From an uncultured Gammaproteobacteria bacterium (GTDB taxonomy: Bacteria; Pseudomonadota; Gammaproteobacteria; Xanthomonadales; Rhodanobacteraceae): a stretch of DNA of 64,000 nt. Made by a program: the position numbers and the translations under genes. The notes under the pieces are model-generated. The model saw only the letters and a program-made list of their open reading frames with translations, was not told the DNA's origin and searched no databases. The stretch spans positions 9,591 to 73,590 of the forward strand of contig CAVTVN010000020.1 in NCBI GenBank assembly GCA_963738115.1. Direction: 5' to 3'. This document shows positions 1-11,470 of the stretch, piece after piece. How positions within the stretch are numbered: the first letter of the stretch is position 1; each line of letters starts with the position of its first letter.

Positions 1-717
1 CTGCAGGTTGATGTGCACCTGCTCGCCGGCGCGCTGCACGCTGCCTTCGAGCACGGTGGCGACGCCGAGCTGGGCGCCGACGGTCCGCAGGTCCTCCGGA
101 TGGCTTTGGTACTTGACTGTCGACGTACGCGAAATGACCTTGAGGTCGCGGATGCTGGCCAGGCGCGTGAGGATCTCATCCTGCATGCCGGTCGCGAAAT
201 AGGCGTTGGCCTTGTCCTCGCTCAAGTTCTCGAACGGCAGCACGGCGATCGATTTCGCTGGTGCCGCGACTGGAACGGTCGCCCCCGCGCCTTCAGCGCT
301 GGCGGCCGGCGCGGAGGGGTTGGCGGCGCCTGGAGCCACGGCTGCCGTCGGCGCGGGCTTCCCCGGCAGGAACCGTCCGAGCAGCAGAAATATCACGAGC
401 AGCACGAGAACCGCGATGATCCAGCGATCGAGACTGCGCCCGGTGTGATGCGTGATCGACTCATCGCGCGGAACTTCGCTTTCGCGCCTGAGGCCCTGCG
501 GCGTCAGCTCGTAGAACCAGGAGAATGCCAGCGCGAACGGAAAACCGAGCGCAACGACGACGACGACGCCGCGCACGATTTCGTTCGGGACATTGAAGAA
601 CGGAAATACCTGCGTCGTGATCTGGACCAGCAGCCAGCCGGCAGCCGCATAGAACGCCGCCACGCGCAGCACGTTGCGGCGCTTGAGTTCGGCGAAGAAG
701 GACGGCGCTGCGCTCAT
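1..717 (-). CDS. Membrane-anchored TolB_N-like/TPR protein, paralog 5 (3' end runs off the window)
   Basis: Not in the ORF track; translated by hand from ATG 717: MSAAPSFFAELKRRNVLRVAAFY...WFYELTPQGLRRESE...KSIAVLPFENLSEDKANAYFATGMQDEILTRLA...VLEGSVQRAG. Frame open to base 1; same motifs as the four neighbouring genes. Confidence 0.9.
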   Translation of the reverse strand, partial: MSAAPSFFAELKRRNVLRVAAFYAAAGWLLVQITTQVFPFFNVPNEIVRGVVVVVALGFPFALAFSWFYELTPQGLRRESEVPRDESITHHTGRSLDRWIIAVLVLLVIFLLLGRFLPGKPAPTAAVAPGAANPSAPAASAEGAGATVPVAAPAKSIAVLPFENLSEDKANAYFATGMQDEILTRLASIRDLKVISRTSTVKYQSHPEDLRTVGAQLGVATVLEGSVQRAGEQVHINLQ

Positions 718-905
718 GCGACGTGTACGTGCGGCGGGCTGATCGCCGCCGCTGCCAAGACCAAGGCCTCAGACTCCTGCACCGGAATTCCCCCTCGTGT
801 CTTGCCCGATTGTGACACACGCGCCGAAGCGCCCCAACCAACGGGTTGAACCGGGGACCATCGCTGTCAGTTGCCGCGCCTGGTCGGCAACAACCATCGG
901 CGCAG

Positions 906-2696
906 TCATTGCGGCATCGTCACATTGAACTCGATCCTCGCCAGTTGCTCCGGCGCCTTGCCGACCTTGCGCAGGAACGGCAGCAAGCGCGGGTCGGCGT
1001 GGATCTTGTCGAACAGGTTTTCCGTCACGACCTCGACAATGCCGGAGTCATCGTACTCGACCGCCTTGGCTAGCCACTCGAAGGCCTTGTCAGCCTCGCC
1101 CCGGTAGGCGTAGACCGAGGCGATGTTAGAAGGAGCGCTCTTCTCGTAATTCGCGATCAGCGATGCCAGCGCCGCGTCCGAGTCGGCCTTGCGCCCGAGC
1201 GCGTAGTAGGCCATCGGCAGGCCGATCATCTTCCAGCTCTCGCTCGTTTCGCGCTCCATCTCCGTCAGCGCGCCCGGCGCATCGCCCTTCAGCAGCAGCG
1301 CGTTGCCGAGATCCGCGTGCGTGCCGCCCCGGCCCGGAGCAAGGCTCAGCACGGTGCGGTACGACTCGGTCGCAGCATCCAACCTGCCAGCGAGGCGCTG
1401 ATGGAGGGCCAGGTTGGAGAGCGCTATCACGTTCACGGGATCGCGGCGCACGACCGCCTCATCGAGCGCCAGCGCCTCGTCCAGTCGGTCGAGAGACCCA
1501 AGCAGCAAGGCGCAGTTGCCCAGTACTTTCACATCCGACGAATCGAGCGCTAGCGCGCGCTGAAGGTGTTTCGCGGCCTCGGCAAGGTCGTTGTCGCCGT
1601 ACATTGCGATGACGCCGAGACTGGCGTGGGCCGGCGCGTAATCCGGATCGATCGCCAGCGCCTTCGTGGCCGCTTCGCGTGCTTGGTCGAACCCTTCCTT
1701 GGGCGGGAGCATGCTCTGGCTTGCTTCGTGGTAGAGGTTCTCGGCCAGGGCGGACCACGCAGGGGCATAGCGCGGATCGATCGCCAGCATCTTGCGGTAC
1801 ATCGAGTCCGATTGTTTGTACGCCTCGGCAGTGTTCTGCCGCGCGAGCTGCAGCGCCTGCAGGTACAGCGCGTACGCCTCAGGATCGGTCGCGCGCGCCT
1901 TCGGCGCCTCGCCGAGCAGCGTGACCTTGAGCTGCTTGACCACGTCGGCCGCGATCTCATCCTGGATCGCGAAGATGTCGTCGAGCTTGCGGTCATAGGT
2001 CTGCGACCAAAGATGGGTGTCGGTTCCGGCCTTGATCAGCTGCGCCGTGATCCGCACCGAGTTGCCGGACTTGCGCACCGAACCTTCAAGAACGTTCGCC
2101 ACGTGCAACGTATGCGCGATCTCCGGGATCGCAACTTCCTTTCCCTTGAACGAGAACGAAGACGTGCGTGCCGTTACCTGCAACTGCGGAATCTTCGCCA
2201 GCAGATTCAGCAGTTCCTCCGAGATCCCGTCGGAGAAATACTCCTGCTCCTTGTCGCTGCTCATGTTCACAAACGGCAGCACCGCGATCGAGTGCTCGGC
2301 GATCGGCACGTTGTCAGCATCAGCGCTCAGGCCGGCGCCCTTGTGCCAGACAAACGTGTTGGTCAGCAGCAGCACGATCGCTACTGCCATGATCGCGATG
2401 ATCCAGCGATCGAGCTTCTTGCCGGTGTGCGCGGTGATCGAATCCCCTGGATCGATTTCGCTCTCGCGCTTCAATCCCTCCGGCGTGAACTCGTAGTACC
2501 ACGCAAACGCGAGCCAGAACGGAAACCCGATCACGCCGCCGATCACGAACCAGCGCGTACCCCATTCCGGCATGCCGAATGACGGACCCAGCTGCGCGAT
2601 GCCTTGTGCCAGCGCCCAGATCGCTCCCGCGTAAAGTGCACCGGCGCGCAACACATTGCGGCGCGCGAGCTCGGCAAAGAACGAGCGTTCGCTCAC
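906..2696 (-). CDS. Membrane-anchored TolB_N-like/TPR protein, paralog 4 (596 aa)
   Basis: FFAELARRNV, three hydrophobic segments, SIAVLPFVNMSSDKEQEYFSDGISEE, LEGSVRK, then TPR helices. GTG 2696 has AAGGAG 8 nt upstream. Confidence 0.9.
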   Translation of the reverse strand: MSERSFFAELARRNVLRAGALYAGAIWALAQGIAQLGPSFGMPEWGTRWFVIGGVIGFPFWLAFAWYYEFTPEGLKRESEIDPGDSITAHTGKKLDRWIIAIMAVAIVLLLTNTFVWHKGAGLSADADNVPIAEHSIAVLPFVNMSSDKEQEYFSDGISEELLNLLAKIPQLQVTARTSSFSFKGKEVAIPEIAHTLHVANVLEGSVRKSGNSVRITAQLIKAGTDTHLWSQTYDRKLDDIFAIQDEIAADVVKQLKVTLLGEAPKARATDPEAYALYLQALQLARQNTAEAYKQSDSMYRKMLAIDPRYAPAWSALAENLYHEASQSMLPPKEGFDQAREAATKALAIDPDYAPAHASLGVIAMYGDNDLAEAAKHLQRALALDSSDVKVLGNCALLLGSLDRLDEALALDEAVVRRDPVNVIALSNLALHQRLAGRLDAATESYRTVLSLAPGRGGTHADLGNALLLKGDAPGALTEMERETSESWKMIGLPMAYYALGRKADSDAALASLIANYEKSAPSNIASVYAYRGEADKAFEWLAKAVEYDDSGIVEVVTENLFDKIHADPRLLPFLRKVGKAPEQLARIEFNVTMPQ

Positions 2697-2757
2697 CGGA
2701 CGGGCTCCTTGTTTCCCCAATGCCGCTGGAGTTCTGCCGGCACCGAATGAGATTCGA

Positions 2758-4638
2758 TCACGGTTTGGCGGGTGTCACGACAGGTGCCGTCGCCGGCGCT
2801 GCAGGCCTCAGGGCGTCAGCCGACAGCGGCGGCAAGCCGACCTTTTTCGCCAAGGCCGCAAAACGCGGATCGTCGCGAAATGCGATGACGAACGGAGTCG
2901 AGTAGATCTCGGTCACACCGGCGTCGCGCGTCTCCAGCGCGTGCTCGAGCCAGTGGAACGTCTCATCCGCCTGCTTGCGCTGCGCGTAAACCGCGGCGAT
3001 CTGCACGGCTCCGTCGTCGCTGTCATTCTTGATGAGCCAGGCGAGGGCAGCGTCGGATGCGCCGCGATCGCCGTGGGCGAAGCTAGCCAGTGCCACTGCA
3101 TAGTTGCGCCAGAACTCGTCCGGTTCCTGCTTCGCCGTTTCGATCGCCTCCGCTGTATGACCGCGAAGCGCCTGCGCGACTGCAAGATAGGTGTGAAACT
3201 GTGCAGCCTGCGGCTGCAACTCGAGCGCGCGGCGAATCGAGGTTTCCGCTTCCTCATAGCGGGCCCGCGATATGAGATATATCCCGAGGTTGTAGCGAAG
3301 CGGGGCTGACAACGGATCGAGAACAATGGCGCGCTGCATCACGGCCACTGCATCTTCGAGATGTCCTTGCTGGGCCAGCATGACGCCGAGCCAGCGTGTT
3401 GCCAGGACACTTTGCGGTGCCAGTTCGAGCGCGTGGCGCAACGCTGCTTCGGCGCCAACTACATCACGGTCGACTGTCTGCAGGATGCGCCCATGGGCTG
3501 CGTGCGCCTCGGCCAAGCCCGGATTGAGCCTGAGTGCTGTCACGCTTGCCTCGCGTCCGCGGGCCCAGACCGCTTCGAGTTCCGTAGTCGGAAGCGACAA
3601 GTATGTAGGCACTGTGATGTACGCCACCGCGAGCCTGGCCCATGCGTAGGCATAGTCCGGCTCGACCTTCGTGGCTTGTTCGAAGAGCGCGATCGCCTTG
3701 CGCGTTTCCGCTTCGTTTTGGCGCTGCAACGCGAAGTTGCCCTGCAGCACCGCCTCGTAGGCCGCGAGGTTGCCGCTGGGCGGGCGGTCGGTTTGTTCCG
3801 TCGCCGTTGCACCGCCGAGGAGTTTGGCGCGCAATGCGCCGGCCACGGCCTTGGTGATCTCGTCCTGCAGCGCGAACAGGTCCTTGTACGGGCGGTCGTA
3901 TTGCTCGACCCATAGCGTGCTGCGATCGGCGGCGCGGATGAGGCTCGCGCTGATGCGCACGACGTCGCCGGCACGCTGCACGCTGCCTTCGAGCAGTGTC
4001 GCGACGCCGAGCTTGGCGGCGATCGCCTGGCTGTCTTCCTTCGAGTCGCGGAACTGGAACGACGAGTTGCGGCCGATCACCTTGAGGCCATCGAGGCGCG
4101 ACAGAGCGATGATCAGGCCTTCCGACAGTCCATCGGAAAAATATTGCTGGTCCTTGTCCCCGCTCGCGTTGGCCAGCGGCAGTACCGCAACGGACTTCTC
4201 GTTCACTGCAGCGGTCGCCGCCGTGGTCGCGGCCTCTTTCGCTCCCTCGTCATGTGCGGTCGACATCAGCGCCGCTTCGCGCCGCGGCGTGAGCACGAAC
4301 TTGTCGAAACCGAAGTAGCCGAGCGCGAGAACCAGCACGGCGATGATCATGTGATTCATGCGCTGGCCGGTCTGCGGCATGATCGAATGCTCGGCCGGCA
4401 CGTCGCCTTCGCGCCGAAGTCCTTCGGGTGTCAGCTCGTACACCCAACTGAAGATCAGCGCGGGAATGAAACCGAGTGCGAGCAGAAAGAGGATCGTGCG
4501 CGGCAGCCAGGCCGGCGCGTCAAGCATCGGCAACACGGTACCGGACACCTGGATGGCTAACCACGCGGCGACCAGGTAGAGCCCGCCCATGCGAAAGACA
4601 TTGCGGCGCCGGAGTTCGGCGAACAGATTGCGACTCAC
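2758..4638 (-). CDS. Membrane-anchored TolB_N-like/TPR protein, paralog 3 (626 aa)
   Basis: Start reassigned to GTG 4638 ([14 protein letters not shown]), which overlaps the upstream TGA (GTGA). [25 protein letters not shown] followed by TPRs. Confidence 0.9.
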   Translation of the reverse strand: MSRNLFAELRRRNVFRMGGLYLVAAWLAIQVSGTVLPMLDAPAWLPRTILFLLALGFIPALIFSWVYELTPEGLRREGDVPAEHSIMPQTGQRMNHMIIAVLVLALGYFGFDKFVLTPRREAALMSTAHDEGAKEAATTAATAAVNEKSVAVLPLANASGDKDQQYFSDGLSEGLIIALSRLDGLKVIGRNSSFQFRDSKEDSQAIAAKLGVATLLEGSVQRAGDVVRISASLIRAADRSTLWVEQYDRPYKDLFALQDEITKAVAGALRAKLLGGATATEQTDRPPSGNLAAYEAVLQGNFALQRQNEAETRKAIALFEQATKVEPDYAYAWARLAVAYITVPTYLSLPTTELEAVWARGREASVTALRLNPGLAEAHAAHGRILQTVDRDVVGAEAALRHALELAPQSVLATRWLGVMLAQQGHLEDAVAVMQRAIVLDPLSAPLRYNLGIYLISRARYEEAETSIRRALELQPQAAQFHTYLAVAQALRGHTAEAIETAKQEPDEFWRNYAVALASFAHGDRGASDAALAWLIKNDSDDGAVQIAAVYAQRKQADETFHWLEHALETRDAGVTEIYSTPFVIAFRDDPRFAALAKKVGLPPLSADALRPAAPATAPVVTPAKP

Positions 4639-6473
4639 GTCTTGTTCGCCTTCGTGGCAGGGAGGGCCATCGCTTTCGCCGTGGTCGTCGTGGGCAGGCC
4701 GACCTTCTTGCAGAACGCCACGAAACGCGGGTCGTCGCGGAAGCGCAGGATGAACGGGTCGAACAGCAGGTAGCTGACCCCGGGGTCGCGATTGCTCAAG
4801 GCACGCTCGAGCCATTCGAACGTCTTGTCGGCGTCGTTGCGCAGCGCATAAGTCTGTGCGATCTGGAATGCGCCGGCCGCGGCATCCTGCTCGACCTGAG
4901 CCGCCAGCGCCGCATCGGCTTCGGCGCGGTCGCCGATGGCCTGCCGCGCGAGCGCAATCGCATCGACTTGCCAACCGGGAGGTTCGTGTTGCGCCGCCTC
5001 GAGCGCCGCTTTGCCGTCACCGCGCATGATTTCGATGATCACCAGCTGGTAGTGCATGCTGCCCGCGGTCGGCTGCAACTCGATCGCCTTGCGCGCAGCC
5101 GCCGCCGCTTCGTCGAGCCGGCCGAGCGCTCGCAGATACTGAGCCAGCCAATTGTGCGAACGCGCGTCGAGCGGATCGGTCGCGAGAGACTGTTGCATCA
5201 GCTCGATCGCAGGTTCGATTTGCCCGAGCGCGGCGAGGTCGCGGCTCAGGTCGGCTTTTGCCTGACCGTCGTTCGGTGCCAGTTGCACGGCGCGGCGCGC
5301 AGCGCGCTCGGCGCCGGTCCAGTCCAGATCGGCGGACAGCAGCAGGAACGATCGAGCCGCATACCCAGCCGCCAGGTCGGGATCGAGTTTCAGCGCCGTG
5401 TCGACTGCACTGCGCCCGCGTGCATACATTTCCTGCGCCGCAGCGCCGTCGAGGAAAGCCGCGGCCAGTGATACTGCAGCGCGCGACTGTTCGGCCCAGG
5501 CAAGCGCGAAGCCGGGATCGGCTTGTGTCGCCTGTGCATACAGTTCGATCGCCTTGCGGAAATCCGCTTCGCTGCTGCGAGCGGAAAAGAACTTGGCTTG
5601 CAGATACACCGCGTAGGCCTCGAGGTTTCCACTCGGCGGCCGGTCTGACTGCATCGGTGCATTCGGCTGCGACAAAAGCCTCGCCTTCAATGCACTCGCC
5701 ACGGCATTCGTTATCTCGTCCTGCAGCGCGAAAAGGTCCTGGTATGGACGGTCGTAGCGCTCGGACCACAACGCGCTGCCGTCCGCGGCGTTGATCAGTT
5801 CGGCGCTGATGCGCACGACGTCGCCGGCATGCTGCACGCTGCCTTCTAGAAGGTGCGCGACGCCGAGCTTCGCGCCGATCGTCTTGCTGTCTTCCTTGCT
5901 GTCGCGAAACTGGAACGCCGAGTTGCGACCGATCACCTTCAATCCCTGCAGGCGCGACAGCGTGACGATCAAGCCTTCGGAGAGGCCATCGGAAAAATAC
6001 TGTTGGTCCTTGTCGCCGCTGGCGTTCGCGAGCGGAAGGACGGCGATGGAATTGTCCGGGACGGCGCTTCCCTGTTTCGACTCGGCGGGCCCGGTCTGCG
6101 TGGCCGCATTCTCGCGGCGCGGCGTCAGCACGAAGCGGTCGAGTACGAAGCATCCGATCGCCAGCAGCAGCAAAACGAAGATCGCGCGATTCATGCGCTG
6201 TCCCGTCTCCTGCGTGATCGACTCGACACGCTCGACGTCGCGCTCGCGCTTCAGGCCTTCCGGTGTCAGCTCGTAGACCCAGGAGAACACCAGCACTGGC
6301 AGCAGGCCGACGGCCAGCAGCACGACAACGCTGCGCGGCAACCACTCCGGTGCACCGAACATCGGCAGGACCGTGCCGGTCACCTGCACGATCAACCACG
6401 CGCCGACGAAGTAAAGTCCGGCCGTGCGGATCACGTTGCGCCGCTTGAGTTCGGCGAACAGGTTGCGGCTCAC
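4635..6473 (-). CDS. Membrane-anchored TolB_N-like/TPR protein, paralog 2 (612 aa)
   Basis: Start reassigned to GTG 6473 ([14 protein letters not shown]), GTGA overlap with the upstream stop; same architecture. Confidence 0.9.
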   Translation of the reverse strand: MSRNLFAELKRRNVIRTAGLYFVGAWLIVQVTGTVLPMFGAPEWLPRSVVVLLAVGLLPVLVFSWVYELTPEGLKRERDVERVESITQETGQRMNRAIFVLLLLAIGCFVLDRFVLTPRRENAATQTGPAESKQGSAVPDNSIAVLPLANASGDKDQQYFSDGLSEGLIVTLSRLQGLKVIGRNSAFQFRDSKEDSKTIGAKLGVAHLLEGSVQHAGDVVRISAELINAADGSALWSERYDRPYQDLFALQDEITNAVASALKARLLSQPNAPMQSDRPPSGNLEAYAVYLQAKFFSARSSEADFRKAIELYAQATQADPGFALAWAEQSRAAVSLAAAFLDGAAAQEMYARGRSAVDTALKLDPDLAAGYAARSFLLLSADLDWTGAERAARRAVQLAPNDGQAKADLSRDLAALGQIEPAIELMQQSLATDPLDARSHNWLAQYLRALGRLDEAAAAARKAIELQPTAGSMHYQLVIIEIMRGDGKAALEAAQHEPPGWQVDAIALARQAIGDRAEADAALAAQVEQDAAAGAFQIAQTYALRNDADKTFEWLERALSNRDPGVSYLLFDPFILRFRDDPRFVAFCKKVGLPTTTTAKAMALPATKANKT

Positions 6474-8332
6474 GTCTTGCTCGCCTTCGCGGCGGGGACG
6501 TCCATCGCTTTTGCCGTCGTCGTCGCCGGCAGGCCGACTTTCTTGCAGAACGCGGCGAAGCGTGGATCGTTGCGGAAACGCAGGATCAACGGATCGGTCA
6601 GCAGGTACTCGATGCCTGGATCCCGGCTCGTCCAGGCGCGGTCGAGCCACTCGAAGGTCTTGTCTGCGTCATTGCGCAGCGCATGGACCTCGGCGATCTG
6701 GTAGGGAGCGAGCGAGGAGTACTTGTCCATCATGTCTTTCACTGCCGCGTCGGCAGCGGCCGGCTCGTTGCCGACTTGCAGCGCCAGTGTCACGGCAATG
6801 TCGTGCCAGGGACCGGGTGGCTCCTGTTGTGCGGCCACCTTCGCCGCCGCAGTGTCGCCGCGCAGGATTTCGATGATCGCGAGGCCCTGATGGACCGATG
6901 TACCGGTCGGTTGCAGGGCGATCGCCTTGAGGATCGCCTGCCTGGCATCGTCCTGCCGGCCAATCGCCGACAGATAGGTCGCGAGAAAGCTGTGCCAGCG
7001 CTGATTCAACGGATCGGTCGCGAGCGCCTGGTACGTCAGCTCGATCGCCTTTTCCGGCTGGCCGAGCGCGGCCAGCAGCTCGCCGAGATTGAATTTGGCG
7101 TTGCCGTCGTTCGGCGCGAGTTCGAGAGCACTGCGGTATTCGCGTTCGGCGCCTGTCCAGTCGAAATCGGCCGTCAGGTGGACGAAGCCCAGTGCGCCAT
7201 GCGCTGCTGCCGAGTCCGGCGCCAGCGCAAGTGCCTTGTTGGCAGCCTCGCGCGCTTGCGCATAGGTGCTTTGTGCCGGAGCGCCGTCAAGGTAGCGCGC
7301 CGCCAATACCGTCGCCGCCTGCGACAGCTCAGCCCACGCCAACGCATAGTCAGGATCCATGCGGGTCGCCGCCGTGAACTGCGTGATCGCTTCGCGGGTG
7401 TCCACTTCGGTGACGCGTGCAACGTAGAACTTGCCCTGCAGGAACGCGGTGTAGGCATCGAGGTTGCCACTCGGTGGGCGATCGCTTTGCGCCGGCGCGC
7501 CTTTGTCGGTCAGCAGCCTGGCCTTGAGTGCGCTGGCAACCTGCTTCGTGATGTCGTCCTGCAACGCGAACAGATCCTTGTAGGGCCGGTCGTAGCGCTC
7601 GGACCATAGCGTGTGCCCGTTCGCCGCGTTGATCAGTTCGGCGCTGACGCGCACGACATCGCCGACATGCTGCACGCTGCCTTCGAGCAGGTGCGCGACA
7701 CCGAGTTTCTCGCCGATCGCCCGGCTGTCGTCTTTGCTGTCGCGGAACTGGAACGAAGAATTGCGGCCGATCACGGTCAGGCCATCGAACTGCGACAGCG
7801 CGATGATCAGGTTTTCCGACAGGCCATCGGAGAAGAATTGCTCGTCCTTGTTGCCGCTCGCGTTGGCCAGAGGCAGCACCGCTATGGACTTGTCGTTGGC
7901 CGCGGGCGCCGTGGGCGCAGTCGCCTGCTTCGTGGCTTCGTCGTGCGTGGAGGTGACCAGCGCCGCCTCGCGCTTCGGCGTCAACACGAACTTGTCGAAT
8001 CCGAAAAACGCCAGCGCCAGCACGAGCACCGCGATGATCATGTGATTCATGCGCTGCCCGGTATCGGACATGATCGACTGCTCGGCCGGTACTTCTCGTT
8101 CGCGCCGCAGCCCTTCCGGCGTCAGTTCAAACACCCAGCTGAAGATCAGCGCCGGAACGAAGCCGATCGCCAGCAGGAACACGAGGCTGCGCGGCAGCCA
8201 TGCCGGTGCGTCGAACATCGGCAGCACGGTGCCGGATACCTGGATGATCAACCACGCGCCGACCACGTAAAGGCCGGCCATGCGAAAGACATTGCGGCGG
8301 CGCAATTCGTGAAAAAAACCTGATCTATGCAT
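6470..8332 (-). CDS. Membrane-anchored TolB_N-like/TPR protein, paralog 1 (620 aa)
   Basis: [11 protein letters not shown], 3 TM segments, [36 protein letters not shown] region. Confidence 0.9.
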   Translation of the reverse strand: MHRSGFFHELRRRNVFRMAGLYVVGAWLIIQVSGTVLPMFDAPAWLPRSLVFLLAIGFVPALIFSWVFELTPEGLRREREVPAEQSIMSDTGQRMNHMIIAVLVLALAFFGFDKFVLTPKREAALVTSTHDEATKQATAPTAPAANDKSIAVLPLANASGNKDEQFFSDGLSENLIIALSQFDGLTVIGRNSSFQFRDSKDDSRAIGEKLGVAHLLEGSVQHVGDVVRVSAELINAANGHTLWSERYDRPYKDLFALQDDITKQVASALKARLLTDKGAPAQSDRPPSGNLDAYTAFLQGKFYVARVTEVDTREAITQFTAATRMDPDYALAWAELSQAATVLAARYLDGAPAQSTYAQAREAANKALALAPDSAAAHGALGFVHLTADFDWTGAEREYRSALELAPNDGNAKFNLGELLAALGQPEKAIELTYQALATDPLNQRWHSFLATYLSAIGRQDDARQAILKAIALQPTGTSVHQGLAIIEILRGDTAAAKVAAQQEPPGPWHDIAVTLALQVGNEPAAADAAVKDMMDKYSSLAPYQIAEVHALRNDADKTFEWLDRAWTSRDPGIEYLLTDPLILRFRNDPRFAAFCKKVGLPATTTAKAMDVPAAKASKT

Positions 8333-8458
8333 GCAACCTTCCCCTGGTGCGCCGCGCGGGCGGAACGCGCGCCACTGCCCGATGTTAGCCGAAACGCAAG
8401 TCTTTGATAATGCGGGCCGTCATGTGATCGGGAATCGAGGTGCACAAACGCGAAAAGC

Positions 8459-8487
8459 TTGGGCGAACATGCATCCGCCGTTACAAT
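8459..8487 (+). promoter_or_regulatory. Candidate sigma70 promoter for valS
   Basis: TTGGGC (8459-8464), 17 nt spacer, TACAAT (8482-8487), about 60 nt upstream of the valS ATG. Confidence 0.45.
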
Positions 8488-8549
8488 TCGCCATTCCCCA
8501 GCTGAACAAGCCCGTTTGCTCGCATTCGGGCGCAGGCGAGCGTCACCCC

Positions 8550-11396
8550 ATGGAAAAGAGTTTCGACCCCAAAACCATCGAATCGAAGTGGTACGCGCAG
8601 TGGGAGGCGAGCGGCACATTCGCGCCCCAGGGCAATGGCGAGCCGTACTGCATCCTGCTGCCACCACCCAACGTAACGGGCACGTTGCACATGGGCCACG
8701 CGTTCCAGATGACGATTATGGACGCGCTGATTCGCTACCAGCGCATGCACGGGCGGCGCACGCTGTGGCAGGGCGGCACCGATCACGCCGGCATCGCTAC
8801 GCAGAAGATCGTCGAAAACCAGCTCGCCGCGCAGGGCAAGACCCGCCACGACCTCGGCCGCGAGAAATTCATCGAACGCGTGTGGGAATGGAAGGCCGAA
8901 TCCGGCTCGACGATCACCCGCCAGATGCGCCGGCTTGGCGCGTCGATGGACTGGTCACGCGAACGCTTCACGATGGACGAGGGCTTGTCGGCCGCGGTGC
9001 GCAAGGTCTTCGTGCAATGGTATAGAGATGGACTTCTATACCGCGGCAAGCGGCTCGTGCATTGGGACCCGGTGCTGATGACGGCGGTCTCGGACCTCGA
9101 AGTCAACAACGAGGAGAAGGACGGGTCGCTGTGGATGATCCGCTATCCGGCCGCCGACGGCGGCGAAGGTGTCGTCGTGGCGACGACGCGACCGGAGACG
9201 ATGCTCGGCGACGTTGCCGTGGCAGTGCATCCGGAAGACGAACGCTACTCCGCGCTGGTCGGCAAGATGCTGACTCTGCCGCTGACCGGACGCGAGATTC
9301 CGGTCATCGCTGACGACTACGTCGATCGCGAGTTCGGCACCGGCGCGGTCAAGATCACGCCGGCGCACGATTTCAACGACTGGCAGCTCGGAGCGCGGCA
9401 CAAGCTTGCGCCGCTCGTGATCATGACGCTCGACGCGAAGATCAACGACAACGCGCCGGAAAAATATCGCGGTATGGACCGCTTCGCCGCACGCAAGGCG
9501 GTGCTCGCCGATCTCGACGCGCTGGGCCTGCTGGTCGAAACGAAGAAGCACAAGCTCACCGTGCCGATCAGCCAGCGCACCGACGCCGTCATCGAGCCGA
9601 TGCTGACCGATCAGTGGTTCCTCGATCTAACCTCGGAGACCCGTGTCGACGGCAAGGCGGGTCCCGGCGGCAAGAAGGCAATCACCGAACCGGCGCTGGA
9701 TGCCGTGCGCAGCGGCGAGGTCAAGTTCGTTCCGGAAAACTGGAGCACGACGTACACGCAATGGCTCGACAACATCCAGGATTGGTGCGTGAGCCGCCAG
9801 CTGTGGTGGGGACATCGGATCCCGGCGTGGTACGACGAGGCCGGCAACATTTTCGTCGGCGAAGACGAGCCGGACGCCGTCGCGCACGCGGGCAGCAAGC
9901 CGGTCGGCGCATTGCGCCGCGACGAGGACGTACTCGATACATGGTTCTCGTCGGCACTGTGGCCATTCTCGACGCTCGGCTGGCCGGCGAACGGTCCGGT
10001 GCGCGAAGACGGCAAGGTCGTCGCAAACTGGCCGGACGATCAGCGCTATCTGCCGAGCGCGGTTCTCGTCACCGGCTTCGACATCATCTTTTTCTGGGTC
10101 GCGCGCATGGTCATGGCGACGCAGTACTTCACCGGCAAGGTGCCGTTTCGCGAGGTCTACATCAACGCGATCGTGCGCGACGCCGAAGGCCAGAAGATGT
10201 CGAAGTCCAAGGGCAACACGATCGATCCGATCGACCTGATCGACGGCATCAGCCTTGATGACCTCGTGCAAAAATCCACGGGATCGCTGCTGATTCCGCA
10301 AGTGCGCGAGAAGGTCGAAAAGCGCATCCGCAAGGATTATCCCGACGGCATCCCCGCGGTCGGCGCCGACGCGCTGCGCTTCACGTTCGCCGCGCTGGCG
10401 ACGTATGGCCGCACGATCAACTTCGATCTCAAGCGCGCCGACGGGTACAAGAATTTTTGCAACAAGTTGTGGAACGCGGCGCGGTTCGTGCTGATGAACT
10501 GCGAGGGATTCAGCGCTCCCGCCGGCGCCGCGCCTGCGCCAAAGAGCGATGCGGAAAAGTGGATTCTGACTCGCTTCGAACGCACCCTGGACGAAGTGGA
10601 GCGGCAGATGCCGCTGTATCGTTTCGATCTCGTTGCGCAGGCACTTTACGAATTCACCTGGAACGAATTCTGCGATTGGTTCGTCGAACTGACGAAACCT
10701 GCTCTCAACGGCGACGACAAATCCGCGGCCGATTCAGCCCGGCACACGCTGTTGTTCGTGCTCGAAGCGCTGCTGCGTGCGCTGCACCCGATCATTCCGT
10801 TCATCACCGAAGAAATATGGCACGAGGTCGCGCCGAAACTCGGCATCACGGGCGGGAGCATTGCGGCACACAAATATCCGGCCGCCTCGACATATGCCGC
10901 GTTCATGGACGGCGTCGCGGAAGATGCCGTCGAATGGTTGCGCGCGGTGCTCACCAACGTGCGCCGCATTCGCAGCGAGATGAGCATCGCTCCGGGCAGG
11001 GCGATCCCGCTGCTCTTTGCTGGTGGCACGCCGCATCAGCGTGAACTCGCTGACCGTTTCGGTGCGCAGATTGCATTCCTCGCGCGCACGGAATCGCAGC
11101 GCTGCCTGGAAGCCGGCGAAGCGGAGCCCGCTGCCGCTGCGGCGATCGTCGGTGAGATGAGAATCCTGATCCCGCTCGCCGGCCTGATCGATGTCGGCGC
11201 GGAAAAGATGCGCCTGGCGAAGGAGATCAAGCGCATCGAAGGCGAAATTGCCAAGTGCAACGGCAAACTGGCGAATGCCAATTTCGTCGCGAATGCGCCG
11301 GCGGAAGTCGTTGCCCAGGAGCAGCAGCGGCTGAAGGATTTCGCAACCACCATCGCTGCGTTGAACAAACAGCTGGCGAGACTGTCCGACCTGTAG
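8550..11396 (+). CDS. valS: Valine--tRNA ligase
   Basis: [13 protein letters not shown] (HIGH), [34 protein letters not shown]-terminal coiled coil. Start set at ATG 8550 (MEKSFDPK). Confidence 0.98.
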   Translation: MEKSFDPKTIESKWYAQWEASGTFAPQGNGEPYCILLPPPNVTGTLHMGHAFQMTIMDALIRYQRMHGRRTLWQGGTDHAGIATQKIVENQLAAQGKTRHDLGREKFIERVWEWKAESGSTITRQMRRLGASMDWSRERFTMDEGLSAAVRKVFVQWYRDGLLYRGKRLVHWDPVLMTAVSDLEVNNEEKDGSLWMIRYPAADGGEGVVVATTRPETMLGDVAVAVHPEDERYSALVGKMLTLPLTGREIPVIADDYVDREFGTGAVKITPAHDFNDWQLGARHKLAPLVIMTLDAKINDNAPEKYRGMDRFAARKAVLADLDALGLLVETKKHKLTVPISQRTDAVIEPMLTDQWFLDLTSETRVDGKAGPGGKKAITEPALDAVRSGEVKFVPENWSTTYTQWLDNIQDWCVSRQLWWGHRIPAWYDEAGNIFVGEDEPDAVAHAGSKPVGALRRDEDVLDTWFSSALWPFSTLGWPANGPVREDGKVVANWPDDQRYLPSAVLVTGFDIIFFWVARMVMATQYFTGKVPFREVYINAIVRDAEGQKMSKSKGNTIDPIDLIDGISLDDLVQKSTGSLLIPQVREKVEKRIRKDYPDGIPAVGADALRFTFAALATYGRTINFDLKRADGYKNFCNKLWNAARFVLMNCEGFSAPAGAAPAPKSDAEKWILTRFERTLDEVERQMPLYRFDLVAQALYEFTWNEFCDWFVELTKPALNGDDKSAADSARHTLLFVLEALLRALHPIIPFITEEIWHEVAPKLGITGGSIAAHKYPAASTYAAFMDGVAEDAVEWLRAVLTNVRRIRSEMSIAPGRAIPLLFAGGTPHQRELADRFGAQIAFLARTESQRCLEAGEAEPAAAAAIVGEMRILIPLAGLIDVGAEKMRLAKEIKRIEGEIAKCNGKLANANFVANAPAEVVAQEQQRLKDFATTIAALNKQLARLSDL

Positions 11397-11470
11397 AGAA
11401 CCCCACAAGCTGCCGTCATTGGGAGGCGCCCCGGCAGGTGTTCGCCGCCCACCGTTCTTAGGTACTACGC

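Noticed and set aside
2758-6650. Long N-terminal extensions of the 738-aa and 671-aa ORFs
   Set aside because: They overlap the upstream paralog out of frame; family homology begins at the GTG overlapping the upstream stop.
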